A stretch of 64,000 nt of DNA from an uncultured Geobacter sp. (GTDB lineage: Bacteria > Desulfobacterota > Desulfuromonadia > Geobacterales > CAIOGM01). Under the pieces are notes generated by a model. It saw only the letters and a program-made list of their open reading frames with translations, searched no databases and had not been told where the DNA came from. The translations under genes and the position numbers were made by a program. The first letter of the stretch is position 1, and every line of letters starts with the position of its first letter. The stretch covers positions 5,458-69,457 of the forward strand of contig CAIOGM010000159.1 in NCBI GenBank assembly GCA_903857795.1, read 5' to 3'. Below, one piece after another: positions 53,391-64,000 of the stretch.

Positions 53391-53419
53391 TTGACGTCCG
53401 CGGTTGGCTAATCTATAGT
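53391..53419 (+). promoter_or_regulatory. Sigma-70 promoter for fur-feoB (TTGACG-N17-TATAGT)
   Basis: Read directly, with an exact 17-nt spacer. Confidence 0.55.
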
Positions 53420-53433
53420 GAAAATCATTTTCA
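53419..53433. promoter_or_regulatory. Fur box (7-1-7 palindrome TGAAAATcATTTTCA)
   Basis: It matches the TGATAATnATTATCA core at 6 of 7 positions per half-site. It abuts the -10 element, which implies autoregulation. Confidence 0.6.
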
Positions 53434-53447
53434 ATAACGGGGGCGGC

Positions 53448-53879
53448 ATGGAGCTGGTCAAGAAAAAGATCTTCGAGAAGTTCATTGCCGAGAAGGGGCT
53501 CAAATCTACCCGGCAGAGGGAGATCATCCTGGAGGCGTTTCTCGCCACGGACCGCCATATGAGTATCGAAGAGCTCTACTTGCAGCTCCGGGATGCTCAT
53601 CCTACCATCGGCTACGCCACGGTCTACCGGACCCTGAAGCTGTTCGCCGAGTCGGGGATTGCCCGGGAGTTCCAGTTCGGAGACGGGCAGACCCGTTACG
53701 AGCATGTGACCCAGGGGGAACACCACGACCATCTCGTCTGTGTTGGCTGTGGCGCTATTTCGGAGTTCACCAATGACGCCGTGGAGCGGATGCAGGATGA
53801 GATCGCGGCCTCTCACGGCTTCGCCATCCGCTACCACAAGATGGAGCTCTACGGACTCTGCGCGGCCTGTCAGAAATAG
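53448..53879 (+). CDS. fur: Fur-family ferric uptake regulator
   Basis: It has GLKSTRQREIIL, ISIEELY, ATVYRTLKLF, HHDHLVCVGCG and a C-terminal CAAC. The ATG at 53448 is preferred because the track start sits inside the Fur box. Confidence 0.9.
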   Translation: MELVKKKIFEKFIAEKGLKSTRQREIILEAFLATDRHMSIEELYLQLRDAHPTIGYATVYRTLKLFAESGIAREFQFGDGQTRYEHVTQGEHHDHLVCVGCGAISEFTNDAVERMQDEIAASHGFAIRYHKMELYGLCAACQK

Positions 53880-53905
53880 TCTTTAAACCGTTTGAAGGGA
53901 GTTAC

Positions 53906-55897
53906 ATGTCCTGGTTCAATACGCGACGCAGTGGTGAGAAGGGTTTAGAGAAGGGCGTTGTTCACCGAAAAGTGGCGCTGGTGGGAAACCCCAATGTGGG
54001 GAAGAGTGTCCTCTTCAATGCCCTCACCGGCGCCTATGTCACCGTCTCCAACTACCCAGGAACCTCCGTGGAGGTCTCCCGGGGGACGGCCCGGCTGGGG
54101 GACGAGACCTTCGAGATCTGCGACACTCCGGGAATGTACGCCTTGCTCCCCATCACCGAAGAGGAGCGGGTGGCCCGGGAGATCCTCCTCACCGAGGCGC
54201 CGGAGTTGGTGATCCATGTCCTGGACGCCCGGAACCTGGAGCGGATGCTCGCCATGACCCTCCAGCTCATTGAGGCGGAGCTGCCGGTCATCCTGGTGGT
54301 TAACATCATGGATGAGGCCGAGCGGATGGGACTCGGTATCGACATCGAACTGCTGGGGGAGAGGTTGGGGATCCCGGTCATCGGCGCCGCCACCGCCCGG
54401 AAGCGGGGGGTGCCCGAGATCAGGGAGGCGATCCGGAGCTATGACGGGAGGCGCCACGCTGTCTTCGGCTATGGCCGCCGGATGGAGCAGGACATCGCCT
54501 CAGTGGCGGAAAAACTCAAGGGGAGCTACCGCCTCTCTCATAAGGCCTTGGCGCTCCTCCTTCTCCAGCGCGACGAAGAGGTCGCCGCACTGGTGCGGGA
54601 GCGCGAAGGGGCGGGGTATCCGGCCATCGAGGCGGTGGTGAAGGAGAAGATCTTCCAGCGGCGGGAGTCGTTTCACCTGGATCTCTCCCTGGAGCGCAAG
54701 GCCATCGTCCTGGGACTCCTGGAGGGGGTCATCACCCTTCCCGACAAGCGGAAAGAGACCTTTGGCTCGCGCCTCTCCCGCCTTACCGTGCGCCCCCTCA
54801 CCGGAGTCCCGATCCTCTTCGTGGTCCTCTACTTCGGTCTCTACCAGTTTGTCGGGATATTCGGCGCAGGAACCCTGGTCGATCTGATTGAGAAAAAGCT
54901 CTTCGAGGAGCTGCTCAACCCCTGGATCATCGACCTCTCCCAGCGGGTTATCCCCTGGGAGGTGATCCGGGAGCTCTTCGTGGGCGAGTACGGGATCATC
55001 ACCCTGGGGTTTCGTTACGCCGTGGGGATCATCCTCCCCATCGTCGCCACCTTCTTCATCTTCTTCTCCCTCCTGGAGGACAGCGGCTACTTCCCCCGCC
55101 TGGCTCTCCTGGTGGACCGACTCTTCAAAAAAATCGGTCTCACCGGTCGGGCGGTGATCCCCATCGTCCTCGGTTTCGGCTGCGACACCATGGCCACCAT
55201 GGTGACCCGGACCCTGGAGACGGTGCGGGAGCGGATCATCGCTACGCTCCTTTTGGCGCTGGCCATCCCCTGCTCGGCCCAGTTGGGGGTGATCCTGGCG
55301 CTCCTCTCCAAGACGCCGGGGGCGCTCCTGGTCTGGTCCCTCTGCCTCCTCCTGATCTTCATTCTCATCGGCTTCCTGGCGGCGAAGGTGATTCCCGGTG
55401 AGACGCCGCTCTTCTACATGGAACTCCCCCCCATGCGGCTCCCCCAGTTCCGCAATGTCCTGACCAAGACCTATACCAGGATGCAGTGGTACTTCATGGA
55501 GATCCTTCCCCTCTTTATCCTGGCGTCGGTGCTCCTCTGGCTGGGAAAGATCACCCACTTCTTCGAGAAGCTCATCTCCTGGATGACCCCGGTCATGGGC
55601 TCCATCGGTCTCCCCAAGGAGACGGCGGTGGCCTTCATCTTCGGCTTCTTCCGGCGGGACTATGGCGCCGCCGGGCTCTATGACCTGCAGAGCAAGGGGC
55701 TCATGTCCCCCCGCCAGCTCACCGTGGCTGCGGTGACCCTGACCCTCTTCGTGCCGTGTATCGCCCAGTTCCTCATCATGAAGAAGGAGCGGGGGGCCGC
55801 GGTGGCCATGGCTATCGGCCTCTTCGTCTCCCTCTTCGCCTATGGTAGCGGCTGGCTCTTGAACGAGTTCCTTCTCGCCACCGGAATCCTGGCATGA
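53906..55897 (+). CDS. feoB: Ferrous iron transporter FeoB
   Basis: 663 aa. The N-terminal G-domain has VALVGNPNVGKSVLFNALTG, DTPG and NIMD, and a polytopic membrane domain follows. Confidence 0.93.
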   Translation: MSWFNTRRSGEKGLEKGVVHRKVALVGNPNVGKSVLFNALTGAYVTVSNYPGTSVEVSRGTARLGDETFEICDTPGMYALLPITEEERVAREILLTEAPELVIHVLDARNLERMLAMTLQLIEAELPVILVVNIMDEAERMGLGIDIELLGERLGIPVIGAATARKRGVPEIREAIRSYDGRRHAVFGYGRRMEQDIASVAEKLKGSYRLSHKALALLLLQRDEEVAALVREREGAGYPAIEAVVKEKIFQRRESFHLDLSLERKAIVLGLLEGVITLPDKRKETFGSRLSRLTVRPLTGVPILFVVLYFGLYQFVGIFGAGTLVDLIEKKLFEELLNPWIIDLSQRVIPWEVIRELFVGEYGIITLGFRYAVGIILPIVATFFIFFSLLEDSGYFPRLALLVDRLFKKIGLTGRAVIPIVLGFGCDTMATMVTRTLETVRERIIATLLLALAIPCSAQLGVILALLSKTPGALLVWSLCLLLIFILIGFLAAKVIPGETPLFYMELPPMRLPQFRNVLTKTYTRMQWYFMEILPLFILASVLLWLGKITHFFEKLISWMTPVMGSIGLPKETAVAFIFGFFRRDYGAAGLYDLQSKGLMSPRQLTVAAVTLTLFVPCIAQFLIMKKERGAAVAMAIGLFVSLFAYGSGWLLNEFLLATGILA

Positions 55898-56079
55898 CCT
55901 GCGGCTTCTGCTGCTACACGTTTTCCGAGGATGAGGGGATTCGAGGATGCGCGAATTGTCCGGTATCCTGCGGCAAGAATATGATAAAGTGTCCCCGCTG
56001 CAATTACGAGAATCCGCCGGAGCCGGAACTGTTCAAGAAGATCCGGCGAATAGTAACCCGTAAGTTGCCATCATGGTGA
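55894..56079 (+). CDS. Cys-rich zinc-ribbon-like mini-protein translationally coupled to feoB
   Basis: 61 aa, MTCGFCCYTF...CANCPVSCG...CPRCNY, with 9 Cys. It shares an ATGA overlap with the feoB stop. Confidence 0.5.
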   Translation: MTCGFCCYTFSEDEGIRGCANCPVSCGKNMIKCPRCNYENPPEPELFKKIRRIVTRKLPSW

Positions 56080-56106
56080 TTTGTGGCGGATTCCCCCACC
56101 CCCTGA

Positions 56107-56129
56107 CCCCCTCCCGCAAGGGGAGGGGG
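56107..56129. repeat. GC-rich REP-like hairpin CCCCCTCCC-gcaag-GGGAGGGGG
   Basis: A 9-bp perfect stem with no T-run. The neighbouring sequence (ctctgtgtctctgtggtgaaa) looks like a dispersed repeat. Confidence 0.4.
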
Positions 56130-56263
56130 AACGTAAGGGTAGGTTCTTTGCTGGGAATTACCCAAGTGAGTCATGCTGAATAGTTAATGTTTGTAAAGGG
56201 TTTCTCAGTGTACTCTGTGTCTCTGTGGTGAAAATGCCGTGTTCAGGTTAAAGGGGTGAAATC

Positions 56264-56908
56264 ATGAAACTCTCGGAAAAGGCGGAAGAGATCCTCGAAG
56301 CGCTCTGGATTGCAGTGGAGGAGAAGGGGCGGGGGTATCTGGAGCTTGACCGGGTGGGGGTGGAGCCCGATGATCCGGCCTATGCCGAGCTGGCTGCTCT
56401 GGCGTTTATCGAGGTGAAAAACGGCTCGGTCTACTTCCGTCAGGAGGGGAAGGCCGAAGGACGGCAGACCGTCCGTCGCCACCGGCTCGCCGAGCGACTC
56501 ATGATGGATGTTCTCAACATCAGGGGAGAAGACGGCGACCGGAAGGCGTGCCAGTTCGAGCACCTGCTCAATGAAGGGGTCGACACCAAGATCTGCACCA
56601 TGCTGAACCATCCGTCTACCTGTCCCCACGGCAAGCAGATCCCCCGGGGAGAGTGCTGCATCGAGGCGGAGCGGCAGGGGGATATCGGGGTGGTCCCGCT
56701 CACGGAGCTAAAGAGCAACCAGGAGGGGGAGATCGCCTACATCCAGACCGGGGACAGCAAGAAGATGCAGAAGCTGATGGCTATGGGGGTGTTACCGGGG
56801 AACCGGATTCTCCTCATGCAGAGTTTCCCGACGTATATCTTCAGGGTCGGTTTTTCCGAATTCGCCATCGACACCCAGATGGCGCGGGAGATCTTCGTGC
56901 GGCGGTAA
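56264..56908 (+). CDS. DtxR/MntR-family metal-dependent regulator fused to a C-terminal FeoA domain
   Basis: 214 aa. An N-terminal winged helix leads into RRHRLAERLM...CQFEHL...HPSTCPHG metal-site residues. The C-terminus (EGEIAYIQTGDSKKMQKLMAMGVLPGNRILL) is a FeoA/SH3-like domain. Confidence 0.85.
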   Translation: MKLSEKAEEILEALWIAVEEKGRGYLELDRVGVEPDDPAYAELAALAFIEVKNGSVYFRQEGKAEGRQTVRRHRLAERLMMDVLNIRGEDGDRKACQFEHLLNEGVDTKICTMLNHPSTCPHGKQIPRGECCIEAERQGDIGVVPLTELKSNQEGEIAYIQTGDSKKMQKLMAMGVLPGNRILLMQSFPTYIFRVGFSEFAIDTQMAREIFVRR

Positions 56909-57127
56909 CTACTCAGCACCATCCATCCATGGCAAGCTATAAAAATAAAGCCCTGAGTCGTTACCCTCGCTCTTAGGGGGTGGGAATCGCCGGATCGAGC
57001 GCGATTATTGGGCACGAGACGCCGAAGCTGCCTTTTTTTTGTGCGGTAGGTCCGGCCGATTCTCCCCCCACTCGCGGCGCTCCGTGCTAACCTCCTGTTT
57101 TTTAAGCGGCAAATTAACCGTATGGTT

Positions 57128-57143
57128 TGGCAATGAAATTGCT
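57128..57143 (+). promoter_or_regulatory. Sigma-54 promoter of glnB-glnA (TGGCAA-N5-TTGCT)
   Basis: It reads tTGGCAatgaaaTTGCTt with exact GG-N10-GC spacing, about 110 nt upstream of glnB. Confidence 0.65.
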
Positions 57144-57249
57144 TATCGGTATGGTAACCGTGGCCGAGAGTAACCCAGTTTAAACCTTGCAATTTCTCCG
57201 ACATATATCTATACTCCAACGGTTTTTTCGAGAATTTACGAGGAGGTAA

Positions 57250-57594
<345 letters not shown>

Positions 57595-57639
57595 TCCCCT
57601 ATTTAACCGGCAGCAACTATAAACCACAAAGGAGAGATT

Positions 57640-59055
<1,416 letters not shown>

Positions 59056-59081
59056 GCCGCAGAGACATATTGGTAACACGA

Positions 59082-59110
59082 AGAGCGACGGGTCAATCCC
59101 GTCGCTCTTT
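59082..59110 (+). terminator. Terminator after glnA
   Basis: A perfect 11-bp stem pairs AGAGCGACGGG with CCCGTCGCTCT around a 5-nt loop. The T tail is short. Confidence 0.6.
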
Positions 59111-59183
59111 AGGGGAGAAGGTGAGTGGTTAGGGAGTATTTTCCTCCGTTACCTGAGATATTTTTACAAACGCCTAAAATCAC

Positions 59184-59212
59184 TTGACACAGACGGAAGG
59201 CTTTGGTATAAA
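59184..59212 (+). promoter_or_regulatory. Sigma-70 promoter of the tRNA pair (TTGACA-N17-TATAAA)
   Basis: Read directly. It ends 11 nt before tRNA-Gln. Confidence 0.55.
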
Positions 59213-59222
59213 CACTCGCCAT

Positions 59223-59297
59223 TGGGGTGTAGCCAAGCGGTAAGGCAACGGACTCTGACTCCGTCATCCCTAGGTTCAAATCCTAGCACCCCAGCCA
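59223..59297 (+). tRNA. tRNA-Gln (anticodon CTG), CCA encoded
   Basis: The acceptor stem pairs TGGGGTG with CACCCCA. The anticodon arm is ACGGA-CTCTGAC-TCCGT, the T-arm is GGTTCAAATCC, and the 3' end is GCCA. Confidence 0.9.
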
Positions 59298-59346
59298 AAT
59301 GTTTCATACGGCGCTCATACTGAGCGTCAGCACGTATAACTTGTAC

Positions 59347-59421
59347 GGTCCCATCGTCTAGCGGTTAGGACACTGGCCTTTCACGTCGGTAACAGGGGTT
59401 CAAATCCCCTTGGGATCACCA
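59347..59421 (+). tRNA. tRNA-Glu (anticodon TTC), CCA encoded
   Basis: The acceptor stem pairs GGTCCCA with TGGGATC. The anticodon arm is CTGGC-CTTTCAC-GTCGG, the T-arm is AGGGGTTCAAATCCCCT, and the 3' end is ACCA. Confidence 0.9.
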
Positions 59422-59427
59422 TCTAAG

Positions 59428-59468
59428 AGACAGTAATCGATTCCTGGTTACTGTCTTTTTTCGTTTTT
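59428..59468 (+). terminator. Rho-independent terminator after the tRNAs
   Basis: A 9-bp stem pairs AGACAGTAA with TTACTGTCT and is followed by TTTTTTCGTTTTT. Confidence 0.8.
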
Positions 59469-59484
59469 GCTGCGGGGTGAGGTG

Positions 59485-59865
59485 ATGTCCCTAGTCTGGA
59501 AATGTGCGTTCTTCGGCTGGCTTGCCACCATCACGGTGCTCTCGCTGATTCCTCATCCCCCGGTGCCCCACCAGGGGTTCCTGGGGTGGGACAAATTCCA
59601 GCACGCCGCCGCCTACGGGACTCTGACGTTTCTCGGGGCCATGGCGTTCCCGAGGCCCCGTTGGTCTCGTGGCGGGAGTTACTCCGCCGCGGCACTCCTG
59701 GCTGTTGTCGTCGGGGGGATGATGGAGTTGGCCCAGTGGGGCTTCACCACCAGCAGGAGCGCCGAGTGGAGCGATCTGCTGGCCGATGGGGTGGGCTCGG
59801 CCGCGGTTGCCGGCCTGGGCTGCCTGGTGGCGGTTTTTCGTGGGAATGATGGCGGGAAAGGGTAG
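59485..59865 (+). CDS. VanZ-family membrane protein
   Basis: About 126 aa with four hydrophobic segments and the motif WDKFQHAAAYGTLTFL. The ATG at 59485 follows a GAGGTG RBS. Confidence 0.7.
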   Translation: MSLVWKCAFFGWLATITVLSLIPHPPVPHQGFLGWDKFQHAAAYGTLTFLGAMAFPRPRWSRGGSYSAAALLAVVVGGMMELAQWGFTTSRSAEWSDLLADGVGSAAVAGLGCLVAVFRGNDGGKG

Positions 59866-59880
59866 AGGAGGAGAAACGGG

Positions 59881-60558
59881 ATGCTTGCCGCAGTTATTTT
59901 TGATTTTGACGGGGTCATCGTCGATTCGGAGCCGCTCCACTACCGGGCGTTTCAGAAGGTTCTGGAACCGCTGGGGCTGGGATACGGGTGGGAACTCTAT
60001 GTTGCGGAGTATCTCGGATTTGATGATCGGGACGCCTTCCGCGAGGCGTTCAAGAGCAAACGGCGCCTGTTGTCTGACTCGGAGCTGGAGCGGCTCATCG
60101 GATTGAAGGCAGAGGCTTTTCTGGAGATCATCGGCTCCGGGGTGGTTCCCTATCCCGGCGTCATCGAGCTGATCAGGGAGATCTCGGGAGCGCTCCCCCT
60201 GGCCATTTGCAGCGGCGCCCTCCGCTCCGATATCGTGCCGATTCTTCGGCAGTTCGGCCTGGAAGGGCTCTTCGACGTCATCGTCACCGCCGACGACGTG
60301 ACCGCCAGCAAGCCCGATCCCGCCTGTTACCGCCTCACCGTGGAAAAACTCGCCGACCGATTTCCTCACGGCGGGATCGCCCCTGAACGTTGCCTCGTCA
60401 TCGAGGATACTCCCGGCGGCATCGCCGCCGCCCGTGCCGCCAGCTTGGCGGTGATCGGTGTCACCAACAGCTATCCTGCCGGGCGTCTCACCGGAACGCT
60501 CCGGATCGTCACATCCCTGGAAGAGCTCTCCCTGCACGACCTTCACCTTCTCCGCTGA
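59881..60558 (+). CDS. HAD-IA family hydrolase (beta-phosphoglucomutase-like phosphatase)
   Basis: Motif I is VIFDFDGVIVDSE, followed by ICSGA, DDVTASKPDP and VIEDTPGGIAAA. Confidence 0.85.
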   Translation: MLAAVIFDFDGVIVDSEPLHYRAFQKVLEPLGLGYGWELYVAEYLGFDDRDAFREAFKSKRRLLSDSELERLIGLKAEAFLEIIGSGVVPYPGVIELIREISGALPLAICSGALRSDIVPILRQFGLEGLFDVIVTADDVTASKPDPACYRLTVEKLADRFPHGGIAPERCLVIEDTPGGIAAARAASLAVIGVTNSYPAGRLTGTLRIVTSLEELSLHDLHLLR

Positions 60559-60562
60559 TCTC

Positions 60563-63073
60563 ATGACCCCTCTTCCGGTTGACGCCGTCATCCCCGAGCT
60601 GCTGGAGGCGCTTCGCCTGCATCAGGGGGCGGTACTCCAGGCGCCCCCCGGCGCGGGGAAGACCACCCGGGTTCCCCTGGCGCTGCTGAAGCTCCCGTGG
60701 CTGACCGGCACCATCCTCATGCTGGAGCCGCGCCGTCTCGCCGCGGTGAATGCGGCCCGCTGGATGGCGTCGCTCCTGGGGGAGGAGGTGGGGCGGACGG
60801 TGGGGTATGCCATCCGGTACGACCGGAAGGTCTCTCCTGCCACCAGGGTCGAGGTGGTCACCGAGGGGATCCTGACTCGGCGTCTCCAGGGAGATCCGCT
60901 CCTCACCGGGGTCGCCCTGGTCATCTTCGACGAATTCCACGAGCGCAACCTGAACAGCGACCTGGCCCTGGCCCTCTGCCGGGACGCCCAGACGGGGTTG
61001 CGGGACGACTTGAAGCTCCTGGTCATGTCCGCAACCCTGGAGTGCGAGCCGGTGGCCCGTCTCTTGGGGGGGGTCCCGGTGATCGCCTCACAGGGACGGA
61101 GCTTTCCGGTGGAGCTCCGCTACCTGGCGCAGGAGCCCGAGGGGCGACTTCCCGAGATCGCGGCCGGGGCGGTGCAGCGGGCCCTGGCCGAGTGCTCTGG
61201 CGATCTGCTGCTCTTCCTCCCCGGATACGGCGAGATCAGTCGCTGCCAGTCGCTCCTGCAGGAGCGACTGGGGGACAACGCTCCCCTCATCTGTCCCCTC
61301 TATGCGGATCTCCCTTTTAAAGAGCAGGAGCGGGCCATCATGCCGGCCTCACGGCGCAAGGTGGTGCTGGCCACCACCATCGCCGAGACGAGCCTCACCA
61401 TCGAGGGGGTCACCGTGGTCATCGACGGGGGATGGAGCCGCCAACCCCGCTTCGATTCGTCGGTGGGGCTCCCCCGGCTGGCGACGGTGAGGGTCTCCCG
61501 GGCGGCGGCAGAGCAGCGGGCCGGTCGCGCCGGCCGGCTCGGTCCCGGCATCTGTTACCGGCTCTGGAGTGCGCATACCCAGCGGCATCTGGTCCCCTTC
61601 TCCCCCCCTGAAATCACCGTGACCGATCTGGCGGGGGTGGCCCTGGAGCTGGCCCTCTGGGGGGTCAATGATCCCCTGCTCCTTCCCTGGCTGGATCCTC
61701 CCCCCGCCGCCGCTTACGGCGAGGCCCAGCGGCTGCTCCGGCAGCTGGGGGCCGTCACCGGCCAGTCGGCCATCACCCCCCGGGGGCGGCGGATGGGGAG
61801 CCTGGGGCTCCACCCGCGTCTCTCCCGGCTGCTGCTGGCCGGTGAAGAGCTCGGCTGCGTCCAGGCCGCCGCGCTCTGCTGTGCGCTCCTGGCGGAACGG
61901 GAGCTGCTCCGTCGCGGGGGAGAGCGGCGGCGCAAGGTCAGGAGCGATAACGACCTCTTCGACCGGTACGAGGCGTTTGTCCGGTGGCGGGACGGGAGAG
62001 GTGAGAGTGAGGTCGACCCGGCTGCCGCCGCAGCGGTTGAGCGGCTGGCCCGGCAGCTCCTCAAGGGGGCGCGGCCGCAGCAGGAGCGCTCTGCCTTCGA
62101 CGCCGCCCTGGCCGGCCGCCTCCTCCTGGCCGCCTATCCGGATCGCCTGGCCATGCAGCGGGAGCCGGGGAGCCCCCTGTATCTCCTGGCAAACGGCCGG
62201 GGATGCCGGCTGACTGAGCGGAGCTCCCTCCATGACGAACCGTTTCTCGTGGCGGTGGAGGTGGAGGGGGGGGAGAAGGCCGAGGGGCAGATTCATCTGG
62301 CCGCTGCCGTCACCTCCGAGCTGATCCGGGAGGAGCTGGCGGAGGCCCTGATCCGGGAACGCCGGGTGGCCTGGGGAGAGCGGGAAGGGCGGGTTATCGT
62401 CCGGGAGGAGGAGCGGCTGGGAGCGCTCCTCCTCTGGAGCCGGCAGGTGACCGCCCACGAGGGGGAAACGGCGACGGCGCTCCTTGAAGGGGTGGTGCGG
62501 CGGGGGATAGAGCGGCTCCCCTGGTCTCCGGCGGCGCTCCAGTTCCGGGACCGGGTCGGTTTCACGGGGCGGCTCTTTCCCGAGGCAGGACTCCCTGACT
62601 TGACCGACACCGCCCTGGCTTTGTGCGCCGGTGAGTGGCTGCTGCCGTGGCTCGGCAGCGCCCGATCGCTGGCCGATGTCGCCCGGGTCGATCTGACCGC
62701 TGCCGTCAAGGGGCTCCTGAACCGGGAGCAGCTCCGGTTTCTGGACGAGGTGGCGCCGACCCACCTGACGGTCCCCAGCGGATCGCGCATCGCGCTGCAG
62801 TATGACGGAGAAGGGCCGGTGCTGGCGGTCAAGCTCCAGGAGCTCTTCGGCCTGGGGGAGAGCCCGGCCGTGGCCAGGGGGCGGGCGCCGGTGCTGCTCC
62901 ACCTGCTTTCTCCGGCAGGTCGGCCGATCCAGGTGACCCGAGACCTGAAGGGGTTCTGGAACGGGGCCTACCGGGAGGTAAAGAAGGAGCTCAAGGGGCG
63001 TTACCCACGGCATCCCTGGCCCGATGACCCCTGGAGCGCCTCCCCGACCAAGCGGACGAAGCGCCGGGAGTAG
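60563..63073 (+). CDS. hrpB: ATP-dependent RNA helicase HrpB (DEAH/RHA family)
   Basis: The ATG at 60563 gives MTPLPVDAVIPEL. It has Walker A APPGAGKTT, DEFHERN, SATL, TTIAETSLTIEGV, QRAGRAGR and an HrpB-type C-terminal domain. Confidence 0.9.
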   Translation: MTPLPVDAVIPELLEALRLHQGAVLQAPPGAGKTTRVPLALLKLPWLTGTILMLEPRRLAAVNAARWMASLLGEEVGRTVGYAIRYDRKVSPATRVEVVTEGILTRRLQGDPLLTGVALVIFDEFHERNLNSDLALALCRDAQTGLRDDLKLLVMSATLECEPVARLLGGVPVIASQGRSFPVELRYLAQEPEGRLPEIAAGAVQRALAECSGDLLLFLPGYGEISRCQSLLQERLGDNAPLICPLYADLPFKEQERAIMPASRRKVVLATTIAETSLTIEGVTVVIDGGWSRQPRFDSSVGLPRLATVRVSRAAAEQRAGRAGRLGPGICYRLWSAHTQRHLVPFSPPEITVTDLAGVALELALWGVNDPLLLPWLDPPPAAAYGEAQRLLRQLGAVTGQSAITPRGRRMGSLGLHPRLSRLLLAGEELGCVQAAALCCALLAERELLRRGGERRRKVRSDNDLFDRYEAFVRWRDGRGESEVDPAAAAAVERLARQLLKGARPQQERSAFDAALAGRLLLAAYPDRLAMQREPGSPLYLLANGRGCRLTERSSLHDEPFLVAVEVEGGEKAEGQIHLAAAVTSELIREELAEALIRERRVAWGEREGRVIVREEERLGALLLWSRQVTAHEGETATALLEGVVRRGIERLPWSPAALQFRDRVGFTGRLFPEAGLPDLTDTALALCAGEWLLPWLGSARSLADVARVDLTAAVKGLLNREQLRFLDEVAPTHLTVPSGSRIALQYDGEGPVLAVKLQELFGLGESPAVARGRAPVLLHLLSPAGRPIQVTRDLKGFWNGAYREVKKELKGRYPRHPWPDDPWSASPTKRTKRRE

Positions 63074-63299
63074 AAGCCCATCTCTTCCTACTCACCAGTT
63101 GACAGAAAACTCCGGAACGGGGTACTTTGTCACTGCCTGCCGGTTCACCGGGAGAGCGGAGTCCGGATGACTCCCGACCCGGCGCCGTGCAGATGAAATC
63201 CCCTCTGGAGGCCCTTCTGAAAATCCTCAATCCAGACTCTTTCCCCTCCGCTCTGCAGCCGCGGCGTTCCCACGCCGTAGCCTCCCGGTCGTAGCCCCC

Positions 63300-64000
63300 A
63301 TGGCGAAGCTACTCAAGAGCAGGAGTCTCAAGCGGGGGGTCTCCCCGGGGACCCTCGTCCATATCGGGGAGCGCCGGAGCGCCGACACCGTCGTCTCCCT
63401 CATGACTTACGATTCCTCCTTCTGCAATGAGGAGACGCCGACCTTCGACACTGTCTGCGCGCCGCTCAAGGGGGTTAAGGGGATCAGCTGGCTTAATCTG
63501 GAGGGGGTCACCCAGTTGGAGATCCTCAGGCGGATCGGCGACTGCTACGGGCTCCATCCCCTGGTGATGGAAGACATCGTCAATACCGACCAGCGCCCCA
63601 AGAAGGAGGAGTATGGCGACTACCTCTTCATCGTGGCGAAGATGCTCGATATCTCCGCTGACGGAAGAGTTGTCGCCGAACAGGTGAGCATGATCCTGGG
63701 GGACGGCTGGCTCCTCACCTTCCAGGAGGGGCTCGACGGCGATCCCTTTCAGCCGGTGCGGGAACGGCTGCGCGCCGGTAAGGGGCGGATCCGGGGGGAG
63801 GGGGCCGACTACCTGGCCTACGCCCTCCTGGACGCCATGGTTGACCACTATTTTGTCGTCCTGGAGCGGCTGGCCGAGCGGATCGAGCTCGTCGAAGAGG
63901 AGGTCGTGGCCGCGCCGAACCGGGGCTCCATCCGGACCATCCATGACCTGAAGCAGGAGATGATCCTCATCCGCAGGTCCGTCTGGCCCCTGCGGGAGCT
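63300..64000 (+). CDS. corA: Magnesium/cobalt transporter CorA; the 3' end runs off the right edge
   Basis: The ATG at 63300 gives MAKLLKSRSLKRG...WLNLEGV...GLHPLVMEDIVNTDQRPKKEEYGDYLFIVAKML, a typical CorA N-domain. It is missing from the track because no stop lies in the window, and the track ORF 63309-63944(-) is its antisense shadow. Confidence 0.9.
   Translation, partial: MAKLLKSRSLKRGVSPGTLVHIGERRSADTVVSLMTYDSSFCNEETPTFDTVCAPLKGVKGISWLNLEGVTQLEILRRIGDCYGLHPLVMEDIVNTDQRPKKEEYGDYLFIVAKMLDISADGRVVAEQVSMILGDGWLLTFQEGLDGDPFQPVRERLRAGKGRIRGEGADYLAYALLDAMVDHYFVVLERLAERIELVEEEVVAAPNRGSIRTIHDLKQEMILIRRSVWPLRE

Noticed and set aside
59223-59900. An integrated element next to the tRNA-Gln/tRNA-Glu pair
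   Set aside because: There is no integrase and no direct repeat of the tRNA 3' end. The downstream genes (VanZ, HAD, hrpB) have normal composition.
63074-63299. A 225-nt leader upstream of corA with hairpins (GGAGTC-cggat-GACTCC, CCGG-ttca-CCGG) and a TTGACA-N18-TACTTT promoter; I considered a Mg2+ riboswitch
   Set aside because: It has no resemblance I can see to the M-box/ykoK architecture, and the structure is unsupported without covariation analysis.

Overview
High-GC bacterial chromosomal window. The gene content (many PAS/GAF hybrid kinases, sigma-54 enhancer-binding proteins, rny-ymdB, miaA-hfq) fits a Geobacter/Desulfuromonas-type organism, but that is inference only. The left third is housekeeping: metK (partial), 5-formyl-THF cyclo-ligase, rny, ymdB, tyrS, miaA, hfq, a DUF512 radical-SAM/PDZ gene and aguA-aguB. 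Next come three large minus-strand hybrid histidine kinases, two of which share a ~2.1 kb near-identical tandem module. They are followed by a csp gene, a LOG-family gene, tolC, and a response regulator / PhnD-like binding protein / two-kinase operon. The centre (about 31-49.6 kb) is the most unusual part. It holds two tandem copies of a two-gene cassette: a giant secreted PilY1/PilC-like protein (1727 and 1805 aa) whose stop overlaps the start of a 203-aa retropepsin-like aspartic protease. No pilin or pilus-assembly genes are present in the window. The cassettes are bracketed by two NtrC-type sigma-54 activators, a CHASE4-like hybrid kinase without an HPt domain, and a 61-aa DHp-only mini-ORF, and candidate -24/-12 promoters lie upstream. 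To the right are an orphan Card1/Can2-like CARF nuclease, yefM-yoeB, yggS, a fur-feoB iron module, a DtxR-FeoA fusion regulator, glnB-glnA behind a good sigma-54 promoter, tRNA-Gln and tRNA-Glu, VanZ, a HAD hydrolase, hrpB and corA (partial). I saw no CRISPR array, transposase, integrase or rRNA. Many long ORFs in the supplied track are antisense shadows typical of high-GC DNA and are not called. All family assignments come from reading motifs by eye; no database search was run.
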